Assembly (NCBI GenBank): GCA_040235515.1
Contig: JBECKX010000168.1
Span: forward strand, 1-11,974
From: Candidatus Zixiibacteriota bacterium
GTDB taxonomy: Bacteria; Zixibacteria; MSB-5A5; CAIYYT01
Length of the DNA stretch: 11,974 bases
Direction of reading: 5' to 3'
Each line of letters starts with the position of its first letter. The stretch's first letter is position 1. Below, one piece after another: positions 7,846 through 11,974 of this stretch. The translations under genes and the position numbers were made by a program. Below the pieces are notes generated by a model, which was given only the letters and a program-made list of their open reading frames with translations, did no database searches and had not been told where the DNA came from.

Positions 7846-10800
7846 CTACTTCATCAACACCATCTTGCGCGTCTCGACGAAGTCATCGGTCTCGAGACGG
7901 TAGAAGTAAACCCCGCTGGCAACCGCTTCACCACGATCATTCATCCCGTTCCAGACAATCGAATATGTGCCTGCCGGGCGTTCACGATCACTCAAGGTCG
8001 CCACCCGCTGGCCCAGAGCGTTATAGATGCAAAGCGTAGCATGCGCGGTCCTGGGCAGCGTGAAACTGATCTCCGTCACCGGGTTAAACGGGTTCGGGTA
8101 GTTCTGGTGCAGGGCAAACCCGCGCGGCAGGACGACATCGTGATCTTCGTGCACAGGCGTCACCGAGCGATACAACCCGCGCACATATTGCGCCGTGCTG
8201 AAGATCTCATCCTTCGATCGCCCTGCAATGATCGCAATCGCCACCGTATCAGATTCGCCCGGATCAAGGGTAAACGGTCCGCAGGCAATCGAGCAGGATT
8301 GATCGCCGAAGTTCGTGGACGCGCTGTCTGCCAGGCCATGGGTCAGGAATTCATACTTCTCCGCCTCAGTGATATTGTCATAAATGACATCCGCGTTCCA
8401 GATCGCCCAGAAGGTTGATGCTCCCTCATCGTTCAGGATCGCCATTCCACGATAGTCTGCGCCATTGTGGCGATACATGTAACCGACATCAGGGCTGCCG
8501 GCGGAACGATAGAAGCTGGCACGATCGTCCCCACCGCTTCCCCAGGGGAAATCCCAATCGTAATACATGCCTGCATAAAGGCCGCTGATCAGATTCGGTG
8601 TGTCATTGATCAATGTGTATTCGAGCACCACGAAGTTGCCGTTGGCTGCGCCAGCGTAGGTCGCGGTGCGCTGTTCGACCGTAACCCCGATCGGCTTGTA
8701 GGAGAATGAGTCGTTGAAGCGCGAAAACGTCTCATGGTCGCCCAGATCACCGTTGTCGAAGCTGACCAGGTTACCACCCGGCGCTACCGTGAAATCGTGA
8801 TCGACAGAACCGAGCAGGTTCCGAAGGGCATCCGAGACAGTATCACCCGCCACGCCAACCAGGAAAGAGCATTGGTAGAGGTTATTGACTCCCGTGCCCT
8901 TGTACACGTACCCGACACCGTTGTCCGGGTGTGCCGACCCCGCAGCCAGACCATAGATACCATAGTTCGTAATCGTGAACTTGACACTATCCGCTTCAAT
9001 ATGTGCCTTCGACTCAGACAGCAACTCCCCGATACGGAAGAAGAGAGTTACGTTCTTCTGGAAACTGGAATTGTCGTTAATCTGCAACTCAACTGTCGCA
9101 TACTCTCCCTGCAGGAATCCCGGCGCAATCCCGATCCTGAACGGTGACGACTCATTGTTGGCCGTGGAGTCCATCTCGATGTTCCCGAAGTTTGCCGCGC
9201 TGTTGACGATCGTGACGCCATTACCCGGGTTCAGCAACTGACCCGTGACTCCCAGCGTGCTCAGGCCCGTATTCTTGAGGTTGACCACAAAATCGAACTC
9301 CTCGCCCGGCATCAACGGATCATGCTCCAGCGATTGGACGAAGATATTGACATCGTCGATCGCCGGCAGCAGCGCCATCGCGGCGGGGATATCGATCAGT
9401 CCATGGCCGTAGGTATTGTCCTCACCGCCCACCCCCAAATCATGAGCGGAATTCATCAACGCCAACTTGATCTCATCAACCGTGGCGTTGGGATTTACCT
9501 GCCGCAGCAACGCAACCGCGCCGGCAACGTGCGGAGCGGCGAAGGAAGTGCCAACCACGTCGGTATACTCCGGGGCGCCGCCCGCGCTATTCACTGTGGC
9601 CGTACGAATGATATATCCGGGTGCGACAACCTCCGGCTTGATCGAGATACTGTCACAGTCCGAAGGCCCTTTACTCGATCCGCCCCAGATGAGGGTGCCG
9701 GTATTGTTGGTCGCGCCTACCGAGAAGCTGTTTGTCTCACTGGTTGCCCGATTGGCTGGATTGCGGATCGTGAATGCACCGCCATACTGGGGGTTCTCTG
9801 TGCCCTCATTTCCGCAGGCAAAGACGTTGACACAGCCAAGCGCTTCGACATTGTCGATCGGAATCCAGAAGATATCAAGGCAACTGATGATCGATTGCCG
9901 AAATCCCCAGGAGTGATTGATCACATCAGGAACATCCTCGATCGTATTCGGATCGCCATCGGGGTCCGCCGCCCACTGGAATGCCTCCAGGTAGTTGGTC
10001 CCCGGAATATCGATCACCATCGCGCTGATCCACTGTGCGCCAAACGCAACCCCCACGGTATCCCCCGTGGCATCATCTTTACCCACCAGCACGCCCATCG
10101 TGTGAGTACCGTGAATCGCGGTGGAGAAATTGAGATCAAAGGCGCGATGCGGGAACTCCTCATGATAAACCGGATCAAACCAGCTTTCGGCTGCGCTGTG
10201 TGTCAGTCCGCGCCAGGTGCTCGCCAGCGCCGGATGCGTCCCCTCCACTCCTGAATCAAAGCTGCAAACCAACCTCCCCTGCCCCGTGTATCCCAGCGCC
10301 CACATCTCGTCGGCGCCAATCGCGGGCAAGTTTGGCGGCAAGCTCGCCGTTCCACTCAAGTCGGATTGCGACGAATTCGAGATGCTCGGGTTGTAGAGCG
10401 CCTCAAGTGGAACATCCTCAATCACCGCGGCGACATCGGCACGATCAACGAGTTGGTTGATGAAGTCTGCGGTCGCCTCAACCTGGAATGCGCTGGCAAT
10501 CCAGTAGCTTTCGTATGACTTTACTGCGCCGGAAGCGATTCCTTGATCGAGGGCTTGACGGATATCCGCCTGGTTGCGATCAGCAAAGTCCCTCAGGTCT
10601 TCGACCAGGATCTTATGCGCCGCCTGACGGGTGTACTTCGCGAGCCGCTGTTGCGAACGAGCCTGTTCGACATCGAGTTGCCCGTTCATGAATACCAGGA
10701 CAGAGCTATAGCTCGCGGGGTTGGAGGCTTTGAGCTGCGTCTCAAGCTGTTCTGTAGTCCAGGCGCGAGCGAATACGGTTGCGGTGGAAGCCGTTGCGAT

Positions 10801-10860
10801 CAGCAGGGCTGTCAGGATGAGCGCGACCAAACCGGGCGTAAATATCCGTATCATCTTCAT
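7846..10860 (-). CDS. Secreted S8 (subtilisin-like, bacillopeptidase F-like) serine protease with propeptide and C-terminal FlgD-Ig/T9SS type A-like sorting domain
   Basis: Signal peptide and catalytic triad motifs FDSGV, HGTHTMG and GTSFAAPHVAG, with oxyanion GNEG. The tail reads FALHQNYPNPFNP...ASGVYFYRL...RKMVLMK. An RBS (GAGGT) lies 8 nt before the ATG. Confidence 0.96.
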   Translation of the reverse strand: MKMIRIFTPGLVALILTALLIATASTATVFARAWTTEQLETQLKASNPASYSSVLVFMNGQLDVEQARSQQRLAKYTRQAAHKILVEDLRDFADRNQADIRQALDQGIASGAVKSYESYWIASAFQVEATADFINQLVDRADVAAVIEDVPLEALYNPSISNSSQSDLSGTASLPPNLPAIGADEMWALGYTGQGRLVCSFDSGVEGTHPALASTWRGLTHSAAESWFDPVYHEEFPHRAFDLNFSTAIHGTHTMGVLVGKDDATGDTVGVAFGAQWISAMVIDIPGTNYLEAFQWAADPDGDPNTIEDVPDVINHSWGFRQSIISCLDIFWIPIDNVEALGCVNVFACGNEGTENPQYGGAFTIRNPANRATSETNSFSVGATNNTGTLIWGGSSKGPSDCDSISIKPEVVAPGYIIRTATVNSAGGAPEYTDVVGTSFAAPHVAGAVALLRQVNPNATVDEIKLALMNSAHDLGVGGEDNTYGHGLIDIPAAMALLPAIDDVNIFVQSLEHDPLMPGEEFDFVVNLKNTGLSTLGVTGQLLNPGNGVTIVNSAANFGNIEMDSTANNESSPFRIGIAPGFLQGEYATVELQINDNSSFQKNVTLFFRIGELLSESKAHIEADSVKFTITNYGIYGLAAGSAHPDNGVGYVYKGTGVNNLYQCSFLVGVAGDTVSDALRNLLGSVDHDFTVAPGGNLVSFDNGDLGDHETFSRFNDSFSYKPIGVTVEQRTATYAGAANGNFVVLEYTLINDTPNLISGLYAGMYYDWDFPWGSGGDDRASFYRSAGSPDVGYMYRHNGADYRGMAILNDEGASTFWAIWNADVIYDNITEAEKYEFLTHGLADSASTNFGDQSCSIACGPFTLDPGESDTVAIAIIAGRSKDEIFSTAQYVRGLYRSVTPVHEDHDVVLPRGFALHQNYPNPFNPVTEISFTLPRTAHATLCIYNALGQRVATLSDRERPAGTYSIVWNGMNDRGEAVASGVYFYRLETDDFVETRKMVLMK

Positions 10861-10948
10861 TATACTATACCTCTAAAGCGAAAGACGTGCCGAGACGCCC
10901 CCAAGCCAACGCAAACAGCCCCATAATTCTATCTCTATAGATCATAAT

Positions 10949-10978
10949 AAGATAGCTGATCTGATGGTGTGCCGTCAA
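10949..10978 (-). promoter_or_regulatory. Putative promoter for the S8 protease gene
   Basis: Minus strand reads TTGACG (10978-10973), 18 nt, TATCTT (10954-10949), within an AT-rich patch. Confidence 0.4.
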
Positions 10979-11145
10979 GCGATCTATTGACTTAATTTCG
11001 ATATCTTCCGCCCCGATGAATGCAGTGTGTTGCAGCATCTCTGCGCTACTCTTCAGGCAATCACAGTCGTGCCGCGTGCTGTCCTGGCTGGTTTCGCCAC
11101 CATCAAAGACGGTTAAGGTTGCGGCAGCGTGGAATCGAAATCGGC

Positions 11146-11175
11146 TTGACAAGCGCGTAGAGAGTTGATTATATG
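11146..11175 (+). promoter_or_regulatory. Putative promoter for tRNA-Met
   Basis: Perfect TTGACA at 11146-11151, then an AT-rich TTATATG 17 nt later (imperfect -10), about 30 nt before the tRNA. Confidence 0.5.
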
Positions 11176-11206
11176 ACCTCTCTCGGTTGAACGTTTGGTT
11201 TGATAT

Positions 11207-11280
11207 GGCGGTGTAGCTCAGCTGGTTAGAGCAGCGGAATCATAATCCGCGTGTCCGGGGTTCAAGTCCCTGCACCGCTA
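11207..11280 (+). tRNA. tRNA-Met(CAT), elongator type; CCA not encoded
   Basis: Cloverleaf with acceptor GGCGGTG/CACCGCT plus discriminator A, D arm GCTC/GAGC, anticodon stem GCGGA/TCCGC with loop ATCATAA, and T arm CGGGG-TTCAAGT-CCCTG. It is followed by TAT, not CCA. Confidence 0.97.
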
Positions 11281-11502
11281 TATAACTTTAGGGGTGTTGC
11301 GAGACTTGGGGTTAAGGGGTAAGATTTCCGAAGATTTTGAGTGATTGCTTGCGAGCGTGGAGAATCAATACCGCCGCCACCGATTGCGTGAGGATCTGCA
11401 CAGACGTGAACACAGGATCTCTGCCCGAATGAATCAACCTCGCACAGCTTCACCAGCCCCCTTCTCGCGTCCTCTCCCGACAACATTTAAAGCATCCCGG
11501 TC

Positions 11503-11530
11503 TTGACCAAATCTATGGTAAAATTAACTT
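11503..11530 (+). promoter_or_regulatory. Putative promoter downstream of the tRNA
   Basis: TTGACC (11503-11508), 16 nt, TAACTT (11525-11530). There is also an extended -10, TGgTAAAAT (11516-11524). Confidence 0.45.
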
Positions 11531-11577
11531 AGACAGTGCCACCCAAACCGGGAGCGGTGAGGGCTGATGTGGATCGC

Positions 11578-11620
11578 TATCAGTGAGAGCTTGGCAAGGC
11601 ATTCCAAGCAATCACTGATA
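11578..11620. repeat. 43-bp imperfect inverted repeat (17-bp arms, 15/17 complementary, 9-nt spacer)
   Basis: TATCAGTGA-ga-GCTTGG-caaggcatt-CCAAGC-aa-TCACTGATA, read directly from the sequence. Confidence 0.9.
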
Positions 11621-11638
11621 AATTCTAAGTGAGGGGAG

Positions 11639-11940
11639 TGGAGTCTCTGTTTCAGCGATCCGCCACAGACGCATGCCTATGCTTTTTTTCGGCGTCGTTG
11701 GATCGAGTAGTAGCGCTGGAGTGTGCCAAGCTGACTGGGACTTTTCAGGTTGTATCTGGTCTGGAGCGCCGTGGGGCTATTCGAAATATGTTGGAGGAGT
11801 GCCACAGTTTGGAATTGCTTATTTCGGAACAGAAATCTGCAATTCAAAGGGAGTCTCAATTTGATCGGAAGGTTGAGTTGAATATGAAGCTTAAAGAGTT
11901 CGAGCGACAATTGCTGGATGAATTCAATCTCCTTTTCTGA
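11639..11940 (+). pseudogene. DUF4391-like protein, C-terminal remnant (5'-truncated, probably frameshifted)
   Basis: The translation LDRVVALECAKLTGTF...IQRESQFDRKVELNMKLKEFERQL matches my recollection of the DUF4391 C-terminal coiled coil (KEKQFNRKVELN). It is only about 100 codons. The family-like upstream peptide SLCFSDPPQTHAYAFF lies in a different frame that joins at the T7 run (11683-11689). GC is 46/120 over 11821-11940. Confidence 0.65.
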
Positions 11941-11974
11941 TCGCTTTTGTATGTTGGGTGGGTAAGTGCAGAAC

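Noticed and set aside
5894..10254. Long plus-strand ORFs (5894-6790, 7807-8418, 9322-10254; likewise 921-1562 and 3079-3756)
   Set aside because: They are antisense shadows of well-supported minus-strand genes in GC-rich DNA, with Arg/His-rich translations and no recognisable motifs.
10865..11152. 95-aa minus-strand ORF upstream of the S8 gene
   Set aside because: No recognisable features, and it spans the divergent promoter region, so it is probably non-coding.
11207..11280. tRNA(CAT) as initiator fMet or Ile2, or as anomalous because of G1-U72 and A32
   Set aside because: It lacks the C1:A72 mismatch and the three consecutive G-C anticodon-stem pairs of initiators. The GGCGG acceptor stem and ATCATAA loop are familiar in bacterial elongator tRNA-Met.
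11262..11486. 74-aa minus-strand ORF, and a nearby frame reading LNVVGRGREK that vaguely resembles a tyrosine recombinase strand
   Set aside because: The ORF overlaps the tRNA and has no motif. The peptide resemblance is too short, hits a stop, and no R/HxxR/Y catalytic motifs are present.
11535..11600. Possible c-di-GMP-I riboswitch, group II intron 5' end or integron attC site
   Set aside because: It lacks the GEMM GAAA tetraloop and receptor, starts GTGCC rather than GTGCG with no intron domain V in view, and has no RYYYAAC/GTTRRRY ends.
1..11974. CRISPR array, rRNA, transposase or integrase
   Set aside because: I saw no regularly spaced repeats, rRNA-like sequence or recombinase/transposase motifs.

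Overview
About 10.9 kb of ordinary-looking, GC-rich chromosome carries eight co-oriented minus-strand genes. In transcription order they are: a secreted S8 protease with a FlgD-Ig/T9SS-type C-terminal tail, a HEAT-repeat/cyclophilin lipoprotein, a hypothetical exported protein, a beta-CASP metallo-beta-lactamase nuclease, a TauE/SafE permease, an M23 peptidase, a rhomboid protease, and the first 27 codons of a probable dnaE that the ORF track missed. The gene style suggests an FCB-associated bacterium such as Zixibacteria (inference only). A divergent elongator tRNA-Met(CAT) follows at 11207-11280. The last ~700 bp look like the edge of a decayed or accessory region. They contain a promoter-like sequence, a 43-bp imperfect palindrome whose half-site recurs near the tRNA, and a low-GC, 5'-truncated DUF4391-like remnant (a family typical of type III R-M/helicase loci). 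No complete novel system is demonstrable inside the window. The best leads are the post-tRNA element, the orphan nuclease with a clamp-motif-like tail, and apparently leaderless genes.
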